The notes beneath the pieces are model-generated. The model saw only the letters and a list, made by a program, of their open reading frames with translations. It ran no database searches and was not told the DNA's origin. The position numbers were made by a program, and so were the translations under genes. Source: Bacteroidales bacterium (GTDB taxonomy: Bacteria > Bacteroidota > Bacteroidia > Bacteroidales > DTGW01). From it: 64,000 bases of DNA. Numbering within the stretch: the stretch's first letter is position 1; every line of letters starts with the position of its first letter. Where the stretch lies: assembly GCA_026416115.1 (NCBI GenBank), contig JAOAFU010000080.1, positions 15,899 through 79,898 on the forward strand, in the 5' to 3' direction. Below, piece by piece: positions 9,693 to 19,796 of this stretch.

Positions 9693-11885
9693 TTATTTTA
9701 TTGGAAACGCCTTATTAAACATGGCTTGTAGTTGAACATATTGTTCGGGCGAACCAATATTTTTGTATTTTTCTAAATAAAATCTTGCTTTCTGGAAATT
9801 TTTCTGTAACACTGCCAAAACAACCAAATTATTTATGGTAGCCTCGTCGGTTGGGTTAAGAGTATAAGCACGTTCGAGCATGGCAAAAGCACCAGGATCG
9901 TTTAATTTATACAGTACACTTCCTAACATCTGACAGGCAAATGCTGTTTCTTGAATTTGAATAGATTGTTGTAAAAGTTCAGCAGCTTCTTTCAGTTGAC
10001 CTTGTCGAGCTTTTTGGATAGCTTGTTCGATAAGTGGTTTTACTTTAGGATCGACAACTACTACTAAATCTTTTTTGGGCCCGGATGAAATTTTATAATT
10101 GGGGTCGATGTCCCTAATTTCGAGCAGGGTACGTTTAGCCTTCGATTTGTCGCCCATTTCCATGTAGGTAAAGTACATTGCTTCAAGTGCATATACTTTA
10201 TCATTATTTGTTTTCGAAGCTATCAAGGCACGTTTAAAAAAGCGGAGTGCATCGGAGTGTTGTTGTTGCTTTAAATAAATTTTTCCTAAACGCATAAGTG
10301 CAAAAACAGCACTGTCGAGTGTTGGCATGTTTTTGAGTAAAATAAAGGCTAGGCTATCGGATTTTACAATGTCGGCCAAACGCAATGCTTCTATGTAATA
10401 GTTGAGGGTATAAGGACTCGTATAAACAAGAGCTAGATATTCGTTATAAGCTTTTTGGTAGGCTCCAACTTTCTCGTAATTGCGTGCCAGCTCTTGGTGC
10501 ATCAGCGTAAGAGATAAGTTATCGTATTTAATACTCAGCAGTGCCAACGAATCTTCGAGCGATACGGGATGGTAGGTATATAAGAAATTATTGATTACTG
10601 TGTCGGGTTTAAAAGGCCAACCTGCCGTAAGGGCTTTAATACTTTTATCGGCTGCTAAACTGTCGAGTAAGGTATAGCCCCACACTTTCATGTAAGAGTC
10701 GAAAGGTTTTAGTAAAGTTGTATCCCAATTGGAGCTAATTAAGTTTTGTCTTTTCATCGTATGCAGAAAAGCGTCGGCTATGAGAAAATAACCTCGTGCA
10801 TTAGGATGTAAATGCTCGAGAATAAGTTCGTCTCCAATAATACCATTTTTACTATATTTTTCAAAAATGCTTATCATGGGGATAACAGGAACATCCCATT
10901 TCTCACCAAGCTTGTGGATAGCAACATTAATATCTTCGGGTGCACGGAATCGGATAACGTCTAGATCTTTAGCTCTATAATATAGCTGACGAGCTTTTGT
11001 ATAATCTCCATTCGACTCGGCCATCTGAGCCTGAACAAAAACCGAATCGGCCAAAGGATAGCTTTGGTATTTTTCTGATTGAAAAGGGGGTAAGGTACGC
11101 ACATTCGAGACCAACTCGCTTATAATGACGGGTATATTATTTTTTTTAGCTTTTGCGAGTATTTCATCCATATTGAGGGTAAACTGTTCGATTCCCTCTT
11201 GGTATGCTTCTGACTTGTACGGGATAGATTTCTGTTTTGCCATGCGTTGCATCAAAGTGGCTGTGGTGGGTTGCTTTTTCCCCGAAAGTAAACTAAGAAT
11301 CCCTTGCTGAATTAATTGATATGTACGTAAATGAATCAAACTTAGGTGTATTTTTTTAATCCAGCGAATATTGCCTCCCCATTCGGCAGAAGCCACACCC
11401 ATTGCCCCGTAATATTCGTTATGACCTGCATAAATTAATATAGCGTCGGGTTTTTGTTCTAATATCTCATCAATATAATCGGCAAGTGCGTAACTGTTAA
11501 TAGCAGCCATGGCTACATTAACTACCTCAATGTTTCGGTCGGGAAATAAATCTTTCAGCCTATAATAGAGTATTCGGCTAAAACTAACATTCATTTCATA
11601 GGGAAAACCTCGGGTTGTTGAACTTCCCATTACGAAAATCCTGTATGTATTTTCGGGTTTCTCAATCAGAAAAATATCATTTGAAGGCGAAGTTGGATTA
11701 TTTTGAGTGAAAAAACGTTTAGTAACTAATGGATTGATTTGATAATAACCTTTGTTTTGAGTCGATGGTGTGAATAAGGAAAGATTGTAACCATACCCTG
11801 CTAATCTTAATCCGAATTCAATGATTAAAAAAAGTAATAGCGGAATACAAAAAAGTATGATGGTGAATAGAATCTTTTTTCGCAT
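9693..11885 (-). CDS. Membrane-anchored SGNH/GDSL-type hydrolase fused to TPR repeats
   Basis: N-terminal TM MRKKILFTIILFCIPLLLFLIIEF (ATG at 11885; the track ORF starts 18 codons earlier). SGNH blocks FVMGSSTTRG, YAGHNEY and LEHLHPN, then a C-terminal ~300 aa of TPR-like helices. Confidence 0.65.
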   Translation of the reverse strand: MRKKILFTIILFCIPLLLFLIIEFGLRLAGYGYNLSLFTPSTQNKGYYQINPLVTKRFFTQNNPTSPSNDIFLIEKPENTYRIFVMGSSTTRGFPYEMNVSFSRILYYRLKDLFPDRNIEVVNVAMAAINSYALADYIDEILEQKPDAILIYAGHNEYYGAMGVASAEWGGNIRWIKKIHLSLIHLRTYQLIQQGILSLLSGKKQPTTATLMQRMAKQKSIPYKSEAYQEGIEQFTLNMDEILAKAKKNNIPVIISELVSNVRTLPPFQSEKYQSYPLADSVFVQAQMAESNGDYTKARQLYYRAKDLDVIRFRAPEDINVAIHKLGEKWDVPVIPMISIFEKYSKNGIIGDELILEHLHPNARGYFLIADAFLHTMKRQNLISSNWDTTLLKPFDSYMKVWGYTLLDSLAADKSIKALTAGWPFKPDTVINNFLYTYHPVSLEDSLALLSIKYDNLSLTLMHQELARNYEKVGAYQKAYNEYLALVYTSPYTLNYYIEALRLADIVKSDSLAFILLKNMPTLDSAVFALMRLGKIYLKQQQHSDALRFFKRALIASKTNNDKVYALEAMYFTYMEMGDKSKAKRTLLEIRDIDPNYKISSGPKKDLVVVVDPKVKPLIEQAIQKARQGQLKEAAELLQQSIQIQETAFACQMLGSVLYKLNDPGAFAMLERAYTLNPTDEATINNLVVLAVLQKNFQKARFYLEKYKNIGSPEQYVQLQAMFNKAFPIK

Positions 11886-12016
11886 AATTTCGATGTTTAT
11901 TGTCCCCGAACAAATGTAAAAATATTTATGAATTTCCAAAAATAGCCTTTGGGTTAGAAATGTCTGAAATTACTTACTCTCTTTTTTACAACAATTAGCT
12001 GTTTGGATAATTTGGT

Positions 12017-12024
12017 TACCTTTG
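12017..12024 (+). promoter_or_regulatory. Bacteroidota -7 promoter box TACCTTTG (TAnnTTTG) upstream of the ZIP transporter gene
   Basis: Exact match to TAnnTTTG, ending 27 nt before the ATG at 12052. Confidence 0.35.
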
Positions 12025-12051
12025 TAAATTCAATGAAAAGCAAATAGTGTT

Positions 12052-12813
12052 ATGGATCTTCAATATTGGGGTTACCCTCTAATAAGTACAATTTTAGTAA
12101 GTCTTGTTTCGTTGACAGGAATTATTTTTCTTAATCTTTCGGGTCAAAAGCTCGAAAAGCTTGTTTTTATTTTGGTAAGTTTGGCAGTAGGTGTTATCTT
12201 AGGTAATACTTTTTTACACATTATTCCCGAAAGCTACGAATATTTCGAACATAGCGATATACCATCTTTACTTATTTGTTTTGGTATAGTGCTTTTTTTT
12301 ATTGCCGAGAAGGCCCTTCATTGGCATCATCATCATGTAGGAGAGCGTATTGTTAAACCTTTGGGCAAGATAAATCTTTTGGCCGATGGTATCCACAATT
12401 TTACCGACGGAATATTGATTGCTGCAGCATGGATGACCGATAGCTATTTGGGTATTTCAACTACCATAGCAGTACTGGTTCATGAGGTTCCACAGGAAAT
12501 TGCCGATTTTGGTATTTTACTTCATGCAGGCTATTCCCGTAAACGGGCTTTGATGTGGAATTTTGTTTCGGCCCTTTCGGCCATTGTGGGTACTATTTTG
12601 ATGCTCTGGGTAGGAAGTTGGTTATTGCATTTAAGTTATTACGTTTTACCTATTGCTGCTGGTGGGTTTATTTACCTTGCTGGTAGCGACCTTATCCCAG
12701 AGCTTAATAAGCAAATATCGAAATATTCCACATTAGTTCAAATAGTAATGGTGGTACTGGGGATTGTAATTATGTATTTGCTTTCGACAGGGATTGAAAA
12801 CCATGCCCATTGA
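12052..12813 (+). CDS. ZIP family metal (Zn/Fe) transporter
   Basis: Multi-TM protein with a His-rich loop (HWHHHHVGE) and the ZIP signature HEVPQEIADFGILL. Confidence 0.85.
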   Translation: MDLQYWGYPLISTILVSLVSLTGIIFLNLSGQKLEKLVFILVSLAVGVILGNTFLHIIPESYEYFEHSDIPSLLICFGIVLFFIAEKALHWHHHHVGERIVKPLGKINLLADGIHNFTDGILIAAAWMTDSYLGISTTIAVLVHEVPQEIADFGILLHAGYSRKRALMWNFVSALSAIVGTILMLWVGSWLLHLSYYVLPIAAGGFIYLAGSDLIPELNKQISKYSTLVQIVMVVLGIVIMYLLSTGIENHAH

Positions 12814-12942
12814 TTTTTTTACATTCTTATTTGCTTTTACTCACTTAATTTAGATTTTCTGCTTTTGAAAATTTTTTAAAATTCTTTCAAACAATCTTAG
12901 TATATTTACATTATTACCCCTCTTTTTCAATATTTTACCATT

Positions 12943-15411
12943 ATGTTCATAGATCTTGTTCAAAATATTGCCTTATTATTATCATTTGCCTTACTTTACG
13001 ATTATGTATGGCTAAAATTTAAGTACAAAGATTCATTAAAAGTAAAGGCTCTTACAGGGGGTATTATTGGATTTATCGGGATAATCCTGATGAATACTCC
13101 CTGGGTTATGACCGATGGCCTGATTTTCGATGTACGATCGGTTCTACTCTCAATAACCGGTTTATTCTTTGGAACAATACCTACGATAATTGCAATTATA
13201 ATAACTGCTCTGTTTCGATACTGGCTAGGAGGTCAGGGCATGATCATGGGCATCATGGTAATCATTTTGTCGGGATTTGTAGGATTATTATGGAGAAATT
13301 ACATTCCCGATGTTTTCGGGAAAAATCGTTTATGGAAAGTATATTTGTTAGGTGTTGTTGTACACTTGTTAATGTTAGCTTGTACGGTTTTTTTACCTCG
13401 AAACATTTCTTTCGATACTTTAAAAGCAATAGCCCCTGTTACTCTCACCCTTTATCCAATAGCTACCGTATTACTTTCGGCTCTTCTTTTTGAACGAGAA
13501 AAGAAACAGGAAAGAGAAAAGCTTATCGAAGAGAGCGAAAAACGTTTCCGAAACCTTTTTGAAAACAGCCAATCGATCATGTTAATAATGGATTCAAAAT
13601 GCGAAAAAATTATTGACGTTAACGCTGCAGCCGTAAGGTTTTTTGGATACGATTTCAACACGCTTATACAATTGTCGCCCAAAAAATTGTGTCTTACTGA
13701 AGATATATGTTTTAAAAAAGACCTAATCAATTCTTCTGGTGAAAAAGAAAATTATCAAAGACTTAGTTTACGACTGGCCAATGGTGAAATACGCGAAAGT
13801 GAAGTTTATCGCAGTTTCATTGAATACCAGAACAGAAATTCGATTTTTGTCATTATTCACGATATAACCGACCGGATAAAGGTTGAACAAAAGTTGCAAA
13901 ATTTATCAAGTATTATTGAGAATGCTTTAAACGAGCTATATATATTCGATGCAAATTCTTTCGAAATTTTGGAGGCCAATAAAGGGGCTGTACATAGTAT
14001 AGGTTTTACCAGAGATGAATTACTTGGCAAACCATTTACTGAACTCACTCCAGCATTTACAAAGGAGGCTTTTAGCAAAACACTATACTCCTTGCGTAGT
14101 CAAAATGATAAAGTCGTTATTGAAACAAATTTCAGAAAAAAAAATGGAACGCTTTTTCCTGTAGAAATGCACTTGCAGAAGATGCAGTATGGCGAAGTTC
14201 CGGTTTTTGTTGCATTCATCAACGATATCTCATCACGTAAAAAATTTGAAAGGGAACTTATTGCAGCAAAAGATAGAGCCGAAGAGAGTGACAGGTTAAA
14301 ATCTTCATTTCTTGCAAATCTATCGCACGAAGTTCGTACACCACTAAATTCGATCATTGGATTTAGTAGCTTGTTAAAGAAAGGGAATCTCCCTAAAGAA
14401 AAGGTCGATTTGTATAGCAGTATCATTGCTGGAAGCGGAAGTCAGATTGCTGAGATTATAAACGAAACTATCGAAATTGCCGAAATTGATTCGGGTACAA
14501 TAAAGGTAGAGTTATCTGCTTTTAATCTCAACGAGTGCATTAAAGAAGTTTATCTGGAGATGAGCACTTTACTGCCACAAAATAATACAATTGAGCTTTC
14601 AATTTTTAATTCGAATTTAGATGAACCATTTTACATACAAAGTGACAGGTCGAAACTTACAAAAGTATTGTATCATCTAGTATCCAATGCTGTAAAGTAT
14701 ACCCTGGAGGGATTTGTTTCGTTTGGTTATACGGCCGAAAAAGATAAGCTGATATTTAAGGTTATAGATACTGGTATTGGAATTGAGTCTCGTGAGCTAC
14801 CAAGGGTTTTATCGCGTTTTTACCGATCTAAAAATATACTTACTATTAAAAAACCTGGGATAGGTTTGGGTTTAGCTATAGTCCAGGCATATGTAGAATT
14901 GCTAAATGGAAAAATAGAAATTGAATCGGAAGTAGCTAAAGGCACTACTGTAAAAGTTGAGCTTCCTTATACACCAGCAAGGCCAGAGGTTCGAGAAATT
15001 GAAACTGATGTATCGATTGAAAAATTTTCGAACAAACATCTTCTTGTTGCCGAGGACGACGATTACAACTATCTGCTGATGGAAGAAATTCTCACCTCTG
15101 CCGGATTTACGTGTATTAGAGCCAGCAATGGTTTAGAAGCGATTGAATTTTTCGAAAAATATAAACCTTTTCAGCTGGTAATCATCGATTTAAAATTGCC
15201 CGAAAAGGACGGTTTTGAGTTAGCCTCTGAAATTAGAATGAAAGACAAAAAGATTCCGCTTATTGCTGTTACTGCTTATGCTCACTATCTTAACCGAGAT
15301 ACAAAAGAAATTAACGAATTCGACGAAATTATTACAAAGCCTATTAATACTTTTACTTTTTTGCACACTATAAAAAAAGTAGTAAGTAAAACCTCGGGTA
15401 GAAATTATTGA
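12943..15411 (+). CDS. Hybrid sensor histidine kinase/response regulator with an N-terminal 5TM (LytS-type) sensor and PAS domains
   Basis: About 5-6 N-terminal TM helices, two PAS-like segments, the H-box SHEVRTPLNSIIG, the HATPase G-boxes DTGIGI and GIGLGL, and a C-terminal receiver (LLVAEDDDYN...IIDLKLPEKDG...KP). Confidence 0.85.
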   Translation: MFIDLVQNIALLLSFALLYDYVWLKFKYKDSLKVKALTGGIIGFIGIILMNTPWVMTDGLIFDVRSVLLSITGLFFGTIPTIIAIIITALFRYWLGGQGMIMGIMVIILSGFVGLLWRNYIPDVFGKNRLWKVYLLGVVVHLLMLACTVFLPRNISFDTLKAIAPVTLTLYPIATVLLSALLFEREKKQEREKLIEESEKRFRNLFENSQSIMLIMDSKCEKIIDVNAAAVRFFGYDFNTLIQLSPKKLCLTEDICFKKDLINSSGEKENYQRLSLRLANGEIRESEVYRSFIEYQNRNSIFVIIHDITDRIKVEQKLQNLSSIIENALNELYIFDANSFEILEANKGAVHSIGFTRDELLGKPFTELTPAFTKEAFSKTLYSLRSQNDKVVIETNFRKKNGTLFPVEMHLQKMQYGEVPVFVAFINDISSRKKFERELIAAKDRAEESDRLKSSFLANLSHEVRTPLNSIIGFSSLLKKGNLPKEKVDLYSSIIAGSGSQIAEIINETIEIAEIDSGTIKVELSAFNLNECIKEVYLEMSTLLPQNNTIELSIFNSNLDEPFYIQSDRSKLTKVLYHLVSNAVKYTLEGFVSFGYTAEKDKLIFKVIDTGIGIESRELPRVLSRFYRSKNILTIKKPGIGLGLAIVQAYVELLNGKIEIESEVAKGTTVKVELPYTPARPEVREIETDVSIEKFSNKHLLVAEDDDYNYLLMEEILTSAGFTCIRASNGLEAIEFFEKYKPFQLVIIDLKLPEKDGFELASEIRMKDKKIPLIAVTAYAHYLNRDTKEINEFDEIITKPINTFTFLHTIKKVVSKTSGRNY

Positions 15412-17846
15412 GGATCGACGTCGATAACGATATTGACTGTGGAGTATGTGCTTTTAATTTTTGCGATACATTCGAGCAAATATTTTTTCACAGGCGTTAA
15501 TGGAGTAGCTGGATTTATTTTTAAGTAAATATCGCGTAAATACAAGTTAAACATTCGGGCAATGATAGGTTTCTGAGGGCTAAGTACCTGGTGATGTAGC
15601 TTTTGTTGTAATTGCCTAAAAAGCATTTGAGACGCCTCTTCACACTTTTGCTCGTTGGCGTGTTGAATAGATAAGTGAATCATTCGTACGAATGGTGGAT
15701 AATGAAAAGTTTGTCGTTCGGATAGTTGCAAGCGATACATAGCCTCGTAATCGTGACGTAATGCCATTTGGACGATTGGATGTTCGGGCATATAGGTTTG
15801 AATAATTACTTTTCCTTGCTTATTTCTTCGACCAGCACGTCCACCTACCTGTACTATTAGTTGAAAACTCCTTTCTGAAGCCCTAAAATCGGGATAGTTA
15901 AGTAGACTATCTGCATCGAGTATACCGACAAGCTCAACGCGGGCAAGGTCGAGCCCTTTGCTTATCATTTGTGTACCAACTACGATGTCGAGTTCTCCAT
16001 TCTCCAATCGACCAATTATTTCGTCAAAAACGTCACGGCTTCGTGCTACATCTTGGTCTAGACGTCCTATTCGTGCATCAGGAAAAAATATGGCCAACTC
16101 CTCCTCCACCTTTTCAGTGCCATACCCTCTTATTTTAAGGTCTGTACTTGCACATTGAGGGCATACTGTGGGGACAACTATGGAGAATCCACAGTAATGG
16201 CAAGTTAGGCTTTGGTTCAACTTATGGTAGGTCAATGATACATCGCAATTGCGGCATCGAAAAATATACTTACAGTTATTGCATTGAATGTAAGGCGAAA
16301 ACCCTCGTCGATTATGAAATAATAGAACCTGTTTATTTTCATCAAGACATTGTTGGATCTCGTTCAGAAGAATTTGCGAAAAATGTGATTGAACCTTACC
16401 TTTTCTTTGGGCAGCAACCATGTTGACCAATTCCATCTTGGGTAATTCGATACCCCGGTAACGCTCTTTGAGTTTTACTAATCCGTATTTCCCGATGGAG
16501 GCATTGTAGTAACTCTCTACAGCGGGAGTTGCCGAACCTAAAAGTACTTTTGCATTTAGCAAGCTGGCAAGTTTTATTGCAGTGTCTCGGGCATTGTATC
16601 GTGGCGCTGGTTCGTATTGCTTGTAGCTATTCTCGTGTTCTTCGTCTACAATTATTAGACCCAAGTTGCTAAAAGGTAAAAAAACCGACGAGCGAACCCC
16701 AATAATTACCTGTCCCTCTGTACTTTGATTGTAATGTACACGATAATATGTTTCCATACGTAACCTGGCTGAAATTCGCGAATGATACACAAATACTCGG
16801 TTACCGAAAACACTTTTAAGCCGTTTGATTATTTGGTAGGTAATGGCAATTTCGGGAAGTAAGTATAACACCTGTTGTCCTTTCTGCAAAACATCGGCTA
16901 TAAGGTGAAAATAAATTTCGGTCTTTCCGCTACCTGTTATACCATGTAAAAGCACTACCGATTTTTTTTCAAAACCTTGATTAATCTCTTCCAGTGCACG
17001 CTGTTGGTCTGGAGCGAGAATTGGCAGATTGCTTTTTTCATCTACCTCTTCCTCTACTTCCCAATCGGACAAGGAGTATGTTTCCAATATTCCTTTATCT
17101 ATCAGATTTTTTAACGATGGATAACTGCCCTGGGTCATTTCAAGAAGTATTTTTTGACTCACTTGTCGGGGCTTAGGGCTATCTCCAAATGCATCGGATA
17201 ATCTCAGGTAAGCTTCGAGTATTTCCTTTTGTTTTGGAGCCTTAACTAATTTATCTAAGGTACTGTTAAGAAAAGCCTCGTCGGCTGCTTGAGGTGAAAG
17301 TCTGACAAATTTTTCCTTGCGAGCAGGAGTTTTATCTTCAATTTCTTCTATAAACAGAATAGCTTGCTTTTTAATTAAACTACGGAGGGTGTGCATTAAC
17401 TTAACACCAAAATCGTGGAGATAGGCAACCTCATTTGTAACTTTTATGAGTAAATTGCTTTCTTCTTCGGTTAATTTATCGAAAGCCTCAAAATTTGGGT
17501 TTGAAAGTATGCGGGTTTTACTTTCGATACGAAGTTGTGAAGGAATAGCAAATTGCATTACCTCGCCAGCTGTACACATATAATAATTTGCCACCCACTC
17601 CCAGAATTCCATTTGTGTTTGAGACACAACAGGAATTTTGTCGAGAACAAGTTGAATGGGTTTATATGAGATGCCTTCCGAAACTTGAGAATGAACCTTT
17701 CTTACAATTGCTGCATAGAATTTTTTTCGACCAAATTGTACTAACACTCTTTTCCCTAACTCTACTTCTTCAGCCATTTCGTCGGGAACAGAGTAGGTGT
17801 AATACTGAGGCAAAGGTAAAGGTATAATGACCTCGACAAAAATCAT
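15405..17846 (-). CDS. priA: Primosomal protein N' (replication restart helicase PriA)
   Basis: Walker A GITGSGKTE, the DEEH box, and Cys-rich zinc-binding insert CNNCKYIFRCRNCDVSLTYHK...CHYCG...CPQC. Length ~810 aa. Confidence 0.9.
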   Translation of the reverse strand: MIFVEVIIPLPLPQYYTYSVPDEMAEEVELGKRVLVQFGRKKFYAAIVRKVHSQVSEGISYKPIQLVLDKIPVVSQTQMEFWEWVANYYMCTAGEVMQFAIPSQLRIESKTRILSNPNFEAFDKLTEEESNLLIKVTNEVAYLHDFGVKLMHTLRSLIKKQAILFIEEIEDKTPARKEKFVRLSPQAADEAFLNSTLDKLVKAPKQKEILEAYLRLSDAFGDSPKPRQVSQKILLEMTQGSYPSLKNLIDKGILETYSLSDWEVEEEVDEKSNLPILAPDQQRALEEINQGFEKKSVVLLHGITGSGKTEIYFHLIADVLQKGQQVLYLLPEIAITYQIIKRLKSVFGNRVFVYHSRISARLRMETYYRVHYNQSTEGQVIIGVRSSVFLPFSNLGLIIVDEEHENSYKQYEPAPRYNARDTAIKLASLLNAKVLLGSATPAVESYYNASIGKYGLVKLKERYRGIELPKMELVNMVAAQRKGKVQSHFSQILLNEIQQCLDENKQVLLFHNRRGFSPYIQCNNCKYIFRCRNCDVSLTYHKLNQSLTCHYCGFSIVVPTVCPQCASTDLKIRGYGTEKVEEELAIFFPDARIGRLDQDVARSRDVFDEIIGRLENGELDIVVGTQMISKGLDLARVELVGILDADSLLNYPDFRASERSFQLIVQVGGRAGRRNKQGKVIIQTYMPEHPIVQMALRHDYEAMYRLQLSERQTFHYPPFVRMIHLSIQHANEQKCEEASQMLFRQLQQKLHHQVLSPQKPIIARMFNLYLRDIYLKINPATPLTPVKKYLLECIAKIKSTYSTVNIVIDVDPQ

Positions 17847-18072
17847 GTTCTTTAATCATATCAAATATGCAAATATGCGTAGATTTCGTGTGAATTTTAT
17901 TTTTTTCAAAATCAAAAGTATTTGCTATTAATTGGTTGTTCGAAAAATTATTTCAATTGTAAATGGACGAAAAGTCAATCAAGCAAAACACTTGTTTGAC
18001 AAAATTACCCAAAAGTCAAATTATTTTTGAACACAAGATTTCTTGAATTTAACCAAATAAAACAAAAAACAG

Positions 18073-18080
18073 TACTTTTG
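18073..18080 (+). promoter_or_regulatory. Bacteroidota -7 promoter box TACTTTTG upstream of the gldG-like gene
   Basis: Exact TAnnTTTG match ending 22 nt before the ATG at 18103. Confidence 0.35.
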
Positions 18081-18102
18081 AGTCGGAAAACGAGTTTTCG
18101 TT

Positions 18103-19794
18103 ATGAAAGTTGGAAAAAAGAACAAGTTGCTCTACCACGTGGGCATTTTAATAGCATTTATTCTCGTAATTAATGGTTTAGCCTCATTTTATTTTGTCCG
18201 CTTTGATCTTACACAGGAAAAAAGATACACACTAAGCCAGGTTTCGAAAGAAACATTGCAAAGTCTTCCCGATCAAGTAATGGTTCGCATCTATCTATAT
18301 GGTGATTTGCCTTTAAGTTTTCGCAAATTTTCACAAACAATTCGTGAGATGCTCGATGAATTTCGAGTTTACGCAGGAGCAAAGTTGCAGTACGAATTTA
18401 TTGATCCCTATGAGAGCAAAGATGAGAAGCAGATACAAGCCAATATAGAGAAGCTTTATCGGATGGGGTTACAGCCTACCAGTGTTAAGATGCAGGATCC
18501 AAAGGGAGGATACAGCGAAAAAATGGTTATACCGGGAGCTATTGTCTCGTATGGTAACCGCGACTTTGCAGTTAATTTGTTAAGTAATAATCCCGCTTTT
18601 TCTGGAGAAGAGAACCTTAATCATTCAGTTCAGAATCTTGAGTACAACCTAATTAATGCTATTCGATGTGTGATCCAAAGCAAAGTCGAGAAAGTGGCGT
18701 TTCTCGAGGGTCATGGTGAGTGGGACGAGTATCATACTGGCGACATGATGAAAGCTTTGTCCAATTATTTTCAGGTCGATCGTGGTCGACTAAAAGGAGA
18801 TGTTAATGAGCTTAAGCCATATAAGTGCCTTATAATTGCTGGCCCCACATTACCTTTTACAGAAGAGGACAAATTCATTATCGACCAGTATATCATGGGA
18901 GGAGGAAAGGTACTATGGCTGCTGGATGCTGTTTCGATTGACCGCGATAGCTTTGCTCAGGGTAATGCGTATGCTACTATAGCCCAGCTAAATCTCGACG
19001 ATATGCTTTTTAAGTATGGAGTACGTCTAAATCCTGTACTTGTTCAAGATATCCAATGTGCTTTAATTCCTATAGCATCGGGCTCTACCACGGGGCAAGC
19101 TAAATTTGTTCCTACCCCTTGGCCATACTTCCCCCTTATTGCCGGTGCTTACGACCATCCTGTTTCAAGAAATTTGAACCTTATCAAACTCGAATTTGCA
19201 AGCTATATCGATACGCTAAATGTTCCTAATGTGCATCATACAGTGCTTTTGAAAACATCAAAATATTCGAGACTTAAGAGTGTTCCTTCTTTTGTTCGTC
19301 TCTCAGAAATTCGAAATGGATTTGCGCAAGAAGAATTCAATAATTCCTATCTTCCTGTTGCTGTACTTTTAGAGGGAGTTTTCCCATCGGTTTTTCAGAA
19401 CCGTATGCTTTCAGCACTTAAAATTACAGGTAACTATACCTTCCGACCTCATAGCAATCAAAATAAAATGTTGGTTGTAGCCGATGGAGATATCATTCGA
19501 AACCAAGTCCGACAAACTCAACGTGGGATATTAATTACACCTCTAGGTTTCGATTCATATACCTCACAGATTTTTGGTAATAAAGACTTTTTGCTTAATG
19601 CTGTTCAGTATCTCACCGACGAAAAAAACATTATAGATTTACGTAGTCGTAATATAGAACTTCGCTTACTCGATAAAGCTAAAATACTCGATCAAGCTAC
19701 AAAGTGGAAAATAATCAATACCCTTTTACCTTTGGTTATTATTATCTTTTCTGGTATAGTTTTTTTCTGGTGGCGAAATAAAAAGTATACCTGA
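18103..19794 (+). CDS. gldG: GldG-like gliding-motility-associated ABC transporter auxiliary protein
   Basis: 563 aa with N- and C-terminal TM anchors and a large periplasmic domain. The start (FVRFDLTQEKRYTLS) is typical of the GldG/ABC_transp_aux family. No gldF or gldA is adjacent. Confidence 0.7.
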   Translation: MKVGKKNKLLYHVGILIAFILVINGLASFYFVRFDLTQEKRYTLSQVSKETLQSLPDQVMVRIYLYGDLPLSFRKFSQTIREMLDEFRVYAGAKLQYEFIDPYESKDEKQIQANIEKLYRMGLQPTSVKMQDPKGGYSEKMVIPGAIVSYGNRDFAVNLLSNNPAFSGEENLNHSVQNLEYNLINAIRCVIQSKVEKVAFLEGHGEWDEYHTGDMMKALSNYFQVDRGRLKGDVNELKPYKCLIIAGPTLPFTEEDKFIIDQYIMGGGKVLWLLDAVSIDRDSFAQGNAYATIAQLNLDDMLFKYGVRLNPVLVQDIQCALIPIASGSTTGQAKFVPTPWPYFPLIAGAYDHPVSRNLNLIKLEFASYIDTLNVPNVHHTVLLKTSKYSRLKSVPSFVRLSEIRNGFAQEEFNNSYLPVAVLLEGVFPSVFQNRMLSALKITGNYTFRPHSNQNKMLVVADGDIIRNQVRQTQRGILITPLGFDSYTSQIFGNKDFLLNAVQYLTDEKNIIDLRSRNIELRLLDKAKILDQATKWKIINTLLPLVIIIFSGIVFFWWRNKKYT

Positions 19795-19796
19795 GC

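Noticed and set aside
13290-14426. Several 67-108-aa ORFs on both strands inside the hybrid histidine kinase gene
   Set aside because: They are fully nested in a gene with continuous recognisable domains (PAS, HisKA, HATPase). They are typical AT-rich alternative-frame ORFs.
15405-15411. 7-nt convergent overlap between the histidine kinase and priA 3' ends
   Set aside because: Short convergent stop-codon overlaps are common in compact genomes (also 52764-52778 and 61394-61414 here). Nothing suggests a functional antisense element.
17974-18000. Imperfect inverted repeat GTCAATCAAG-N7-CTTGTTTGAC in the priA/gldG divergent spacer
   Set aside because: It has one mismatch and a short stem, sits in an AT-rich region and has no T-run. 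It is too weak to call an operator or terminator without comparative data.
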